From Myxococcales bacterium (GTDB lineage Bacteria; Myxococcota_A; Polyangia; Polyangiales; SLQV01), in NCBI GenBank assembly GCA_007131285.1, contig SLQV01000005.1, positions 568-64,567 of the forward strand: 64,000 nt of DNA. Direction: 5' to 3'. The notes below the pieces were generated by a model. The model was not told the DNA's origin. It did no database searches and saw nothing but the letters and a program-made list of their open reading frames with translations. Position numbers and translations under genes: made by a program. Below are positions 1 to 8,766 of this stretch, piece by piece (position 1 is the first letter of the stretch; each line of letters opens with the position of its first letter).

Positions 1-675
1 CCGCGTTCCATCAAAGCTTGGCGCGGCGGCATCCCCACGGCCGGAGCTTCGCTTGCCGCCGCTGGACGCCAATACATCCGTGGCAGACTCGCCCGACCAG
101 ATCCAAAGCATGAGTGCCGCCGCGGCGGCAAGCATCGGCGCTAGCACGATGACGCGGCCAACACCTTTCGCGCTCAGCACACGCAGGCCCCCTTGACGCC
201 CGGCGTCCGTCCCACGCACCCGAGACTTGGGCAACCGCGCCGAGCGGGTAGCGGTTGGCACGGTACGAGCCGACGCAGTTACGGCGTCGCGCAACACTGG
301 CACCTCGCTGACAGCGTTCAGTCGGCGGACTGCGCCCGCGCGTTCAACTCCATCATGCTTTGCGCCGGGAAGTTGTTCCCCATCGAGCGCGTCGGTAATA
401 CGCGCGAAGAGCCCGGTGCTATCAAGCGTATTCTGAGCAAGGCTTTCAATATGCTGACGCAGCGCGCCTTGCGCACGCCGAAGCCGCTCCAAGTGCCGAC
501 GCGCGCGCGCATCGACTTGTAGGCGCGCCGCGCACGCTGCCCGGTCGGCGGGTTCGAGCGCGTTATCAAGGTAGCGTTGAAGCCAGAGCACGTGTTCTTC
601 GTGCCGCTCGTCTTCGAGCGCCAGATCCTTCACGTCAGGGTCTTGAGTCACTATGTCGGTTTCTCGCTGGGTCAT
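1..675 (-). CDS. anti-sigma factor, single-pass membrane protein (partial; C-terminus lies beyond the window start)
   Basis: I translated the minus strand manually from ATG 675..673, which overlaps the sigma-factor stop as ATGA. The frame stays open to position 1. It reads MTQRETDIVTQDPDVKDLALEDERHEEHVLWLQRYLDNALEPADRAACAARLQVDARARRHLERL..., later the hydrophobic stretch VIVLAPMLAAAAALMLWIW. It sits directly downstream of an ECF sigma gene. It is absent from the ORF track because it runs off the window edge. Confidence 0.6.
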   Translation of the reverse strand, partial: MTQRETDIVTQDPDVKDLALEDERHEEHVLWLQRYLDNALEPADRAACAARLQVDARARRHLERLRRAQGALRQHIESLAQNTLDSTGLFARITDALDGEQLPGAKHDGVERAGAVRRLNAVSEVPVLRDAVTASARTVPTATRSARLPKSRVRGTDAGRQGGLRVLSAKGVGRVIVLAPMLAAAAALMLWIWSGESATDVLASSGGKRSSGRGDAAAPSFDGTR

Positions 676-1508
676 GGCGCGTTCGAACCACCGGAGGGTG
701 CCTTGCTAGATGAAACTGCGTCACGGTCTTGCTTATTCACTTGTTCGTCATTCAAATACGGCCCAAGCGCCTGCTGTAGCTTGCGCCGGGCATGAAACAG
801 GCGACTCATCACTGTCCCTTTTGGGATCTCGAGAACCTGGGCGATCGTCTCGTAATCGAGATCCTCGATTTCACGCAGGATCAGCACCGCCCGGTGGTGC
901 TCTGGCAAACGGTCCAGTGCCGCGTCGATAGCTTGGCCGAGCTCGCGACGCAGAGCCTCCCCTACCGGTGCGCCAAGCGCGGTCGATCCCGCTGAGAGCA
1001 CTGAGGTCTCATCCGCGTAGGCGAAACGCTCATCGAACTCAACATTGTGCACCTTGCGCCGCCTCAACCGGTCAATACTGAGATTCATCACGATGCGGTA
1101 GAGCCACGTAAAAAAAGCCGCTTGCCCTTCGAAACGACCTAGGTGCCTGTATACTTTGACGAACGCGTCCTGCACCACATCGGTGGCATCCGAAGGATCT
1201 CGAACGACACCGAGCGCCACCGCGTAGGCACGTCGGTGGTAGCGCTCGTAAAGCAAACGAAAAGCAGCTCTATCTCCGCCTTGTGCGCGTTCGATCAGCA
1301 ACGCTTCATCGGCGGGAACCGACGCAGCCGCGGGCCTCGCTGCAGCCGGAGCCGGCGCTGCGGCTGAGGCCTCCGAGTGCGATTGGGAGGCATCCGGCGC
1401 AGAACTTTTGACGTTCGAGGAAACAACCATGGGCACACGCGGTAAAATCGAACCGGAGATACGTAGGGGTGCAAGCCGATTCGAAGCCCTGCCGTCCACC
1501 CGGCACAC
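672..1508 (-). CDS. ECF (sigma-70 family, group 4) RNA polymerase sigma factor
   Basis: Region 2 and region 4 motifs: RAAFRLLYERYHRRAYAVALGVVRDPSDATDVVQDAFVKVYRHLGRF..FFTWLYRIVMNLSIDRLRRRK and LPEHHRAVLILREIEDLDYETIAQVLEIPKGTVMSRLFHARRKL. The real start may be the internal Met at 1430 (MVVSSNV...). Confidence 0.85.
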   Translation of the reverse strand: MCRVDGRASNRLAPLRISGSILPRVPMVVSSNVKSSAPDASQSHSEASAAAPAPAAARPAAASVPADEALLIERAQGGDRAAFRLLYERYHRRAYAVALGVVRDPSDATDVVQDAFVKVYRHLGRFEGQAAFFTWLYRIVMNLSIDRLRRRKVHNVEFDERFAYADETSVLSAGSTALGAPVGEALRRELGQAIDAALDRLPEHHRAVLILREIEDLDYETIAQVLEIPKGTVMSRLFHARRKLQQALGPYLNDEQVNKQDRDAVSSSKAPSGGSNAP

Positions 1509-1531
1509 CCCCCACGTCCTGGGTGCATGCT

Positions 1532-4069
1532 ATGGCTTCTCTGGTGGAGCTGCAACTCAACCAAGCTCAGGAGGCGGCTGCCAACGAGCGTCAGGGCCCG
1601 CTCCAGGTGTTTGCCGGCGCCGGCAGCGGAAAAACGCGCGTGATTGTTGAGCGTGTCCGCCGCCTTATCGCCCTGGATGGCGTGCGGCCTGAACGTATCC
1701 TTGCACTCACGTTCACCAACCGGGCAGCCCGTGAGATGCGCGAGCGGAGCGCCGCCCTTTTCGGTGCAGAGGCCGAGCGCGTCTGGTTCGGCACCTTTCA
1801 CTCGGCGTGCGCACGCTTTCTACGCTTTTATGGAGAATCACTGGGACTGTCGCGCAATTTTGTTGTGTACGACGACGCGGACCAGCGCACCGCCGTCAGC
1901 CGCTGCCTGCGCGATCTTGGACGTGCCAACGCCGCAGCGGATGTCCGCGCCTGGGCTGGACGGATCAACCGCGCCAAACAGGAAGGCCTCGCGCCCCAGG
2001 ACCTACCCGAACGCACCTACGCTGACCGCCAACTTGTCGAACTCTACCAAAGGTATGAGCAAGCGCTGAAGCAATCCCAAGCGCTCGACTTCAGCGACCT
2101 GTTGCTGCGCACGCTTCAGGGCTTGCGCACTGAACCCTCTTTTCGTTTGCAGCTTGAGCGACGCTTCGACCAGTTACTCATTGACGAGTTCCAGGACACA
2201 AATCAGGTGCAGTACGCGATTGTCCAGGCGCTCGCATCGCGTCACAGATGTCTGTGTGTCGTAGGTGACGACGACCAATCCATCTACCGCTGGCGCGGGG
2301 CCAACCGCGATAACTTGAGGCGCTTCCGCGAAGACTTCTCAGAAGCCAAAGTCGTTTTACTCGAACAAAACTATCGCTCGACGCCGGAGATCCTCGCCGC
2401 CGCCAACGCTGTCATCTCGCGCGGCCGCGACCGTGAACCCAAGGTCCTACATACGGAGAATCCCGCTGGCCACAGCGTCTGCGTGTGGTCTTGCCACGAT
2501 AGCGCCGAAGAAGGCCGGGCGTTTCTCTGTGCTGTCGATGAAGCGGTCGATGCGGGCTTCGCACTGAGCGATATTGCGCTCTTCTACCGCACACACGCTC
2601 AATCGCGCATCTTCGAGGAAGTGCTGCGGCAGGCGAATATGCCCTATCGTATTTTCGGGGGCCTGCGTTTCTACGAGCGGGCCGAAATCAAAGACATCGT
2701 TGCCTATCTACGCCTGGTGCACCTGAGCCAGGACGACGTCGCCTTCCTCCGCGTCGTCAACACACCCGCCCGCGGCATCGGCAAGACGTCGGTGGAAAGG
2801 CTCCTGCTGCACGCTGTCGAGCTAGGCTTGCCCCTGCTGGACATCTCCACCAATCCCGCCTCAGTTCCGGACCTAAACGCCAACGCCAAACGACGGCTTG
2901 CAGCCTTCGCCGCATTGATCAGCCAGCTCCGCGCGCGCTACCGGGTTCATCGTTCGGTCGCGACCCTGACCGCTGATATCTTCGAGGAATCAGGCATCAA
3001 AGCTGCATTGACTCAAGATGCTACGGTGGAGAACCAGGCTCGCCTCGACAACATCCGAGAGCTGATGAACTCCGTCATCGAATGGGAGCGGGCCAATGGC
3101 GGAATGCCGGATGGATCGTCGGCTGATCGGTCAACCCAAGAGCCGTCTGAAACCGCGGCCCACGCGCTCTCATCTGAAGCAAACCCAGAAGTGCCACACT
3201 CAGACCCCAGTCAGCGAGCAGCGCACCTCGGGGCCATTGAGCCGCTGACGGCTTTTCTGGAGAGCATCACCCTCGCGAGCGAAGCGGTCGAGGGTGAAGA
3301 AACGCACGGTGCGCTAACGCTCATGAGTGTACATTCAGCCAAAGGCTTGGAGTTTCCCGTGGTCTTCGTCGCCGGGATGGAGCACGGTCTTTTCCCGTAT
3401 CAGCGCAGCGGTGACGAAGGCGATCCAGAAGCCTTCGAAGAAGAACGTCGCTTGGCCTACGTGGCGATGACTCGCGCGGAGAAGCTCCTGCACTTGAGCC
3501 ACGCAACCACGCGACGCATCTACGGGCAGTTGCGGCTGCAGCACCCCTCACCCTTCTTGGAAGAGGTGGCGGCGTTACCCGTTGAAGAACGACGGTCTGA
3601 TGGCTTCGGCTTTTCGCCGCGCCGGCCACTGACCCATCTTCGACTCACCGCGTCCCCCAGCTTTGGCGGCTATAGTGACGACGCGGACAACGCAGCGAAT
3701 ACCTTCAAAAGCGACTACCGTCGAGCCACACCGACTCTGATGGGAGTTACCCCGCGCACCCATCAGGGCAGCACCACGCTCACGCACGCTGCCAGCGACG
3801 GGGCTAGCGACGATGTCTCGGTCCAGCAGCGAACCGGCAGCGCGACCCGCGACGCCGAGACCTTTGAGCGCGACGGCACCTACGTCGATTATGAAGAGAG
3901 CCAGCTCGAAGAGCTGCCCTTCAGCATTGGCGCTCAAGTCCTACACGAGCGCTTTGGCCCCGGTCGTATCCTGCACATCGTGACCGCCATGCCCCCTCGC
4001 GCTCGAGTCGACTTCGATACAGGTCCCAGACAAGTACTGTTAAGCTATCTCCGTCTCGCACCATCTTGA
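1532..4069 (+). CDS. uvrD: ATP-dependent DNA helicase, UvrD/PcrA/Rep family
   Basis: Walker A FAGAGSGKTRV, motifs LTFTNRAAREM, LIDEFQDTNQVQY, VVGDDDQSIYRWRGA, LEQNYRS, MSVHSAKGLEFPVVFV and RRLAYVAMTRAEKLL. The C-terminal FSIGAQVLHERFGPGRIL looks like the UvrD/PcrA Tudor-like tail. I chose the start MASLVELQLNQAQ at ATG 1532; the ORF opens at 1469. Confidence 0.9.
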   Translation: MASLVELQLNQAQEAAANERQGPLQVFAGAGSGKTRVIVERVRRLIALDGVRPERILALTFTNRAAREMRERSAALFGAEAERVWFGTFHSACARFLRFYGESLGLSRNFVVYDDADQRTAVSRCLRDLGRANAAADVRAWAGRINRAKQEGLAPQDLPERTYADRQLVELYQRYEQALKQSQALDFSDLLLRTLQGLRTEPSFRLQLERRFDQLLIDEFQDTNQVQYAIVQALASRHRCLCVVGDDDQSIYRWRGANRDNLRRFREDFSEAKVVLLEQNYRSTPEILAAANAVISRGRDREPKVLHTENPAGHSVCVWSCHDSAEEGRAFLCAVDEAVDAGFALSDIALFYRTHAQSRIFEEVLRQANMPYRIFGGLRFYERAEIKDIVAYLRLVHLSQDDVAFLRVVNTPARGIGKTSVERLLLHAVELGLPLLDISTNPASVPDLNANAKRRLAAFAALISQLRARYRVHRSVATLTADIFEESGIKAALTQDATVENQARLDNIRELMNSVIEWERANGGMPDGSSADRSTQEPSETAAHALSSEANPEVPHSDPSQRAAHLGAIEPLTAFLESITLASEAVEGEETHGALTLMSVHSAKGLEFPVVFVAGMEHGLFPYQRSGDEGDPEAFEEERRLAYVAMTRAEKLLHLSHATTRRIYGQLRLQHPSPFLEEVAALPVEERRSDGFGFSPRRPLTHLRLTASPSFGGYSDDADNAANTFKSDYRRATPTLMGVTPRTHQGSTTLTHAASDGASDDVSVQQRTGSATRDAETFERDGTYVDYEESQLEELPFSIGAQVLHERFGPGRILHIVTAMPPRARVDFDTGPRQVLLSYLRLAPS

Positions 4070-4142
4070 CCCGCGCCGCAGAAGACTTACCTTCGCCGCG
4101 AAGCGGCGGCGCGCATATCCCCGCCGGTCCAGGACTTGATCC

Positions 4143-4505
4143 ATGCCCACATACGAATACGCGTGCGATAACTGCGGCCACACCTTTGAAGCAGAGCAGC
4201 GCATTGTCGCCGACCCGCTCAAGGTCTGCCCGGCCTGCAACCAGGCGTCCCTGCGGCGCCTAATCACCCAAGGCAACTTCATCCTCAAGGGCAGTGGTTG
4301 GTATTCGGACCTCTACTCCGGCCCGTCGAACAAAGGCAAAGCCAACCAAAGCAAACCCAGCGCCGAAGCCAATACACCGTCCCCGGCCCAGTCAGGCTCT
4401 GCTAGCCCAAGCTCAGCCAGTAGCGAAGGCAGCAAAGCCGCCTCCACCGCAAAAACCGAAAGCGCAGCGACCCCTAAAGCCTCGACTGTCTCCGCTAAAC
4501 CCTGA
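4143..4505 (+). CDS. FmdB-family zinc-ribbon putative regulatory protein with Ser/Ala/Pro-rich tail
   Basis: N-terminus MPTYEYACDNCGHTFEAEQRIVADPLKVCPACNQASLRRL carries the CxxC...CxxC FmdB signature. Confidence 0.8.
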   Translation: MPTYEYACDNCGHTFEAEQRIVADPLKVCPACNQASLRRLITQGNFILKGSGWYSDLYSGPSNKGKANQSKPSAEANTPSPAQSGSASPSSASSEGSKAASTAKTESAATPKASTVSAKP

Positions 4506-4554
4506 CCACCGCCCCGGAACACCTCTCGCGGTGTTTTGTCCTTCACGCGCAGAG

Positions 4555-6141
4555 CTACTCGTCGTCAAGGAAGTCGAGCTTCTTGGTCATCAGTAGCGTG
4601 TCGACACCTTCACCCGCAAGCGTCGTGAGCCCTCGGGGAACGATCCCCGTGCGCCGGAAGCCAAGGTCAAGTAGGACACCAAGCCACGCAATCGCATCAA
4701 CCGGCACGTAGGTGTAGAGCGACACGATGTGTTTGTTGGTGAGAATCGCCTCGACCTCACGCATGCACGCAGCAGTCGCGGCGCATGCCGACTCGCTGTC
4801 GGCGCGCTGGAGAAAATCGACCTGCGCGTGGCCAAAGCACTCCTCGTATTCGACGCCACACACCTGGACCGGTGCGCTTACCTTGGGACCGGCCCCGACG
4901 AAAAGATAATCAGCATCCCGCGCGAACGGCTCGAACGCCGCGTAAGCCGTGCCCGGTTCAGCAACTTTGTCGCGAAACTTGCGCGCAGTATCGCCGTCGA
5001 GGTGGAACACCTTGACCTCCGGCAGGGCCTCACTTCCCACCGCGCGCTTCGCAGCCACCAACGCTTTTTCTGAATCCTTGGTGAGCTGGTCGAGCTGGTC
5101 TTTTCGCGGACCTTGTCCCTGGGGGAAAAAACCACAAAGGTAGCCATCGCTACGCTTGTAAAAACCAGGCACGGTGCCCTCGCGCTGGAAACCCACCTTG
5201 GTCCATGCACTGATCTCGTCTTTCTCGATAAAGATCTGTACCTTGTGAATGTCCTCCTGACGCGCCGTCGTCTGGATAAATAAGCGCTTGGCGGGCATGG
5301 CCCCTGCGCGAAAGTCGATGACCCGAATCCGCTTAGCTGGACGGTTGACGAGCACGGTCAAAAACGCGTTTTGTGACTTAAAGCTAAACTCTTTAAAGGG
5401 CTCTTCCCAGCGACGAGGCACGGCAGAAGCCACGTCTGCACGCGCAACGGCGGAGCGCGTAGCCCCCTCCTTGGCGGGACGCTGTCCTTTCCCTGCTGCG
5501 CGCGCGACCTTGGGCGCCTTTACTGCTTCCTTAGGTGTCATCTTGCTCTGTCCGCCGTTTTCTGCGTTGCCCCGAGGTGCCGCCGACTTCGCTGCTGCAA
5601 CGCCCTTGTGTACGGCCGAACCGGGCTTGCCCGGGTTCGCTGAAGCCGCCCGTTTCGTTGCGCTCACGCGCTTGGCCATCGGAGCTTGCTTCGCTTCGCT
5701 CACAGTGCCCGTCCGCCCCACCTCGCTTCGTGCGCTAGCACTCGACTTGAGCTTAGTACCACGCTTTTTCGTGCTATCTGTGGGGGCTTTCGCCCGCGTG
5801 GATCGCGATGGCTGCGTTGCAGCTCGCAACCCCTCCCCGGCGCCGGTAGTACTCGCCTTGGCGACTCTTGAGGCAGCCGGCTTGGCCCCGGACTTAAGCG
5901 CCGCCTTGCGACTCGCGGACTTAGCTGCTTCGGCTGGTTTATCTGCGCTGCGCCTGGTCATGCTCCCTCGTCCCATGGTCGAGGAACCATGGCTTGATTC
6001 CTCACCCGCTGTCAATAAAGGGAGCGAAGCTACATCACAACCTGCCCCTAGCGCGGCCTCAACGAAAGAGGGGCGCATGTCACCACGACATGCGCCCCCC
6101 CCGTGCCTACCCGACGCGCTCGCTGCCCAACGTGCGGGCAT
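4555..6141 (-). CDS. protein with Lys/Ala/Pro-rich basic N-terminal tail and C-terminal two-lobed GNAT-like (beta-lysine N-acetyltransferase-like) region
   Basis: The tail is low complexity (KPAEAAKSASRKAALKSGAKPAASRVAKAS...KAPKVARAAGKGQRPAKEG). The C-terminal blocks IFIEKDEISAWTKVGFQREGTVPGFYKRSDGYLCGFF and VSLYTYVPVDAIAWLGVLLDLGFRRTGIVPRG resemble acetyltransferase folds. The start is uncertain, with alternative Mets at 5976 and 5961. Confidence 0.6.
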   Translation of the reverse strand: MPARWAASASGRHGGGACRGDMRPSFVEAALGAGCDVASLPLLTAGEESSHGSSTMGRGSMTRRSADKPAEAAKSASRKAALKSGAKPAASRVAKASTTGAGEGLRAATQPSRSTRAKAPTDSTKKRGTKLKSSASARSEVGRTGTVSEAKQAPMAKRVSATKRAASANPGKPGSAVHKGVAAAKSAAPRGNAENGGQSKMTPKEAVKAPKVARAAGKGQRPAKEGATRSAVARADVASAVPRRWEEPFKEFSFKSQNAFLTVLVNRPAKRIRVIDFRAGAMPAKRLFIQTTARQEDIHKVQIFIEKDEISAWTKVGFQREGTVPGFYKRSDGYLCGFFPQGQGPRKDQLDQLTKDSEKALVAAKRAVGSEALPEVKVFHLDGDTARKFRDKVAEPGTAYAAFEPFARDADYLFVGAGPKVSAPVQVCGVEYEECFGHAQVDFLQRADSESACAATAACMREVEAILTNKHIVSLYTYVPVDAIAWLGVLLDLGFRRTGIVPRGLTTLAGEGVDTLLMTKKLDFLDDE

Positions 6142-6174
6142 TAGCCTGCACGCCAGTCAGCAGACGTTCCTGAG

Positions 6175-8160
6175 CTAGAGCGCCTTTTCGATAGCCGCTT
6201 TGAACTGCTCGAAGGGCTGCGCGCCTTGGAGCAGCTTGCCATTGATAAAGAATGACGGCGTGCCGATCTGCGCGCCTGCCTTGGTGACAGCATCTAGGTC
6301 AGCCTGGACACGCGCCTTGTGGGTATTCGCATCCAGGGCTTTTTTGAATGCGGCAAGGTTGATGCCGCTAATTTCACTTGCGTACTTCTCGAGGTCAGGA
6401 CGCGTGAGCGCACGCTGATTCTCAAAGAGCTTGTCGTGGTATGCCCAGAATGCTTTGTCTCCGCCCTGCTTATAAACCTCTTGCGCTGCCTCATGCGCAA
6501 GCTGTGCATTCTGGTGGAAAGGCAGCGGGTAGTGGCGCCAGATGATGGCAACCTTATTTCCGTAAGTCTTTTCGATTTCCGCCATTGTGGGGTTAACCCT
6601 CGAGCAGAATGGACACTCAAAATCGCTGAACTCCTGAATGATAACCTTGGCGTTGCGGTTGCCCTTCACCGGCGCATCCTTGGGAATATCGAAGTTATAG
6701 ACTTTGTCCGGATTGGGCGCAGCTTCCTTAGCCGGCGCGCTGGGACCCTCGATAAACTTCGGCTCTTTGGCGCCCTTGGCGACGATGCTGTCATAGACCT
6801 TGGCTTTAGCAGTGCCACTAGCCACAAGATCCTTAGCTTTCTTCAACTCCTCGTCGATGATCGCTTTGAAAGCCGGCAACGGTTGCGCGCCGCGCAGATT
6901 ACGACCGTTGATAAAGAACGAAGGCGTCCCGGAAGCGCCTAGCTTCTGCACAAGCTGCTGCTGCGCCTTGATCACATCCGTATGCTTGTCGCCATCGAGC
7001 GCAGCCTTGAACTTAGCCGCATTTAAGCCGATTTTGGCAGCAAACGCGTCGAGATTTTCTCGCGTAAGCTCACGCTGATTCTCAAAGAGAAGGTCATGCA
7101 TCTTCCAGAATTTATCGTTTCCGCCCTGCTCGTAAGCTTCGAGGGCAGCCTGCGCAGCAGGCGTCGCGTTCTTGTGGAAGGGCAGTGGATTATTGAACCA
7201 GACGATGCGGACATCGTCGCCGTACTCCTTGCGGACATCATCGAGCGTGGGCAGCACGCGCGAGCAGAACGGGCACTCAAAGTCGCTCACCTCAACGATG
7301 GTCACGAGCGCGTCTTTGGGTCCTTTGGAAGGCTCATTCCCCACGGGAACCGCATACACTGCGTTCGGGTCAGGCATTTTGCGCGCCTCTTCTTCTTTCG
7401 GCTTCTCCGGTTCAGCCCGCTCCTTTCCCGTCTTGGTCAGCTCCGCGGAGACTTTGCCTTTTGCGACGCCGCTAGCGATCAGCTTCTCGGCCCGACTGAT
7501 TTCGTCGTCGATTACCTGCTTGAAGGCCTCAAACGGCTGGGCACCCATGAGCTTGCGGCCATTGATAAAGAACGCCGGTGTACCTCGGGCGTCGAACCTT
7601 GCAGCCACTTCCTGGTCTGCTTTGATCTGATCGATGTACTTACCGCTCTCCAGCGCAGCCTTAAACTTTGCGACATCAAGACCGAGCTTTGCGGCGTAGC
7701 CTTCCAAGTCATCGTTATCGAGCTTTTGTTGGTTTTCGAAGAGCAAGTCATGGGCTGCCCAAAACTTGTCATTGCCGCCCTGATTAAAGGCTTCTAGCGC
7801 AAGCTGCGCTGCAGGCGTCGCTTTTTGGTGGAACGGCAGGGGGTTGTTGCGCCAGACAAAGCGCACTTTGTCGCCGTAGGTCTTCGTAATTTGCGCAATG
7901 GTCGGACCGACACGCTTACAGAACGGACACTCGAAGTCGCTCACTTCCACGATGGTCACAAGGGCGTCCTTAGGGCCCTTCGTCGGCTGCGCATCGGTGA
8001 CCGGCATGTTGTACCGTTCCACCTCACCTGATGCCTCAATTGCCGCAGACGAAGGCGCCGAAGTGCCCTCGTCCTTACTTGAACTGCCGATTAGGTTACC
8101 GATGGCAAGACCACCAATAAACAGCAAAAGTCCACCAAAAATCATGGGCCCTTTATTCAT
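6175..8160 (-). CDS. membrane-anchored thiol:disulfide oxidoreductase with three tandem DsbA-like thioredoxin domains
   Basis: N-terminal TM segment MIFGGLLLFIGGLAIGNLIG. The block SDFECPFC(K/S)RV...NNPLPFH...GGNDKFW..HDLLFENQ...GTP(A/S)FFINGR occurs three times, with CPFC at about aa 78, 296 and 516. Confidence 0.85.
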   Translation of the reverse strand: MNKGPMIFGGLLLFIGGLAIGNLIGSSSKDEGTSAPSSAAIEASGEVERYNMPVTDAQPTKGPKDALVTIVEVSDFECPFCKRVGPTIAQITKTYGDKVRFVWRNNPLPFHQKATPAAQLALEAFNQGGNDKFWAAHDLLFENQQKLDNDDLEGYAAKLGLDVAKFKAALESGKYIDQIKADQEVAARFDARGTPAFFINGRKLMGAQPFEAFKQVIDDEISRAEKLIASGVAKGKVSAELTKTGKERAEPEKPKEEEARKMPDPNAVYAVPVGNEPSKGPKDALVTIVEVSDFECPFCSRVLPTLDDVRKEYGDDVRIVWFNNPLPFHKNATPAAQAALEAYEQGGNDKFWKMHDLLFENQRELTRENLDAFAAKIGLNAAKFKAALDGDKHTDVIKAQQQLVQKLGASGTPSFFINGRNLRGAQPLPAFKAIIDEELKKAKDLVASGTAKAKVYDSIVAKGAKEPKFIEGPSAPAKEAAPNPDKVYNFDIPKDAPVKGNRNAKVIIQEFSDFECPFCSRVNPTMAEIEKTYGNKVAIIWRHYPLPFHQNAQLAHEAAQEVYKQGGDKAFWAYHDKLFENQRALTRPDLEKYASEISGINLAAFKKALDANTHKARVQADLDAVTKAGAQIGTPSFFINGKLLQGAQPFEQFKAAIEKAL

Positions 8161-8282
8161 CTCTAATTGCTCCAGAAACGTCTACACCTAGCCATCCGAC
8201 GCGAACTCGAGCTGACATCTCTAGGCCAGCCCGCTTTGTCGGGGCACACAATCACTGAGTTGCCTACTGCCTAAAGTCCCGC

Positions 8283-8317
8283 GCGCTCAACAAAGTCTCG
8301 ATGACTTCGTTGAGCGC
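8283..8317. repeat. 35-nt near-perfect palindrome/hairpin in the region upstream of the triple-DsbA gene
   Basis: gcgctcaac a aagtc tcgat gactt c gttgagcgc: a 9-bp plus 5-bp stem with one mismatched position and a 5-nt loop. Confidence 0.6.
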
Positions 8318-8766
8318 AGGCCCCGTGCGTTGCCGTAGCTTAGGACCCTCCGCCTCTTCTGCAAAAGCGTCTACCGAGGCGTCTGGCCCCAGGGAGCGAC
8401 CTGTGTTTGCGTCTCACTGGCGGAAAGCAGTAGGCTCTACGCCACAAGGATCTGACATAAACGCCGGCCAATTACAACACCGTTCCTCAGCGTGGCCAGG
8501 CTCGATGAGGCGTGAACTCGGCGGCTCGTGCGGGCGTCCCGCCGAGAGGCGCGCGCTGGCGGCTCGCGCCGGAGGCCCGTCCGCGCTGAATCCGTTGTGT
8601 TAGCGTTCCCAACATACAGGTCTCGTTAAGGGGCCAGAGCCGAATTGCCTCCTGGCCGAATTGCCTGATAAACCGTGTGTTCGTTTTGGCGTTCAGCGCG
8701 TGGCGCGCTCGCCTCATACCCTCGGACCGGCGCGACGCCGGTCGCTTAGCTGCACACCGTTTTCCT

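Noticed and set aside
1469-1531. Longer N-terminus for the helicase (MQADSKPCRPPG...)
   Set aside because: UvrD-family proteins begin about 8-10 residues before the LNxxQ motif. The extension is Pro-rich and overlaps the possible longer form of the divergent sigma gene.
5288-6178. 296-aa ORF on the plus strand
   Set aside because: It is antisense to the basic-tail/GNAT gene. Its Ala/Arg/Leu/Pro-rich low-complexity translation mirrors the opposite-strand Lys/Ala tract. There is no independent support.
7096-7797. 233-aa and 152-aa plus-strand ORFs inside the DsbA-triplication gene
   Set aside because: They are antisense shadows of a gene with three clear CPFC thioredoxin domains, and their translations have no motifs.
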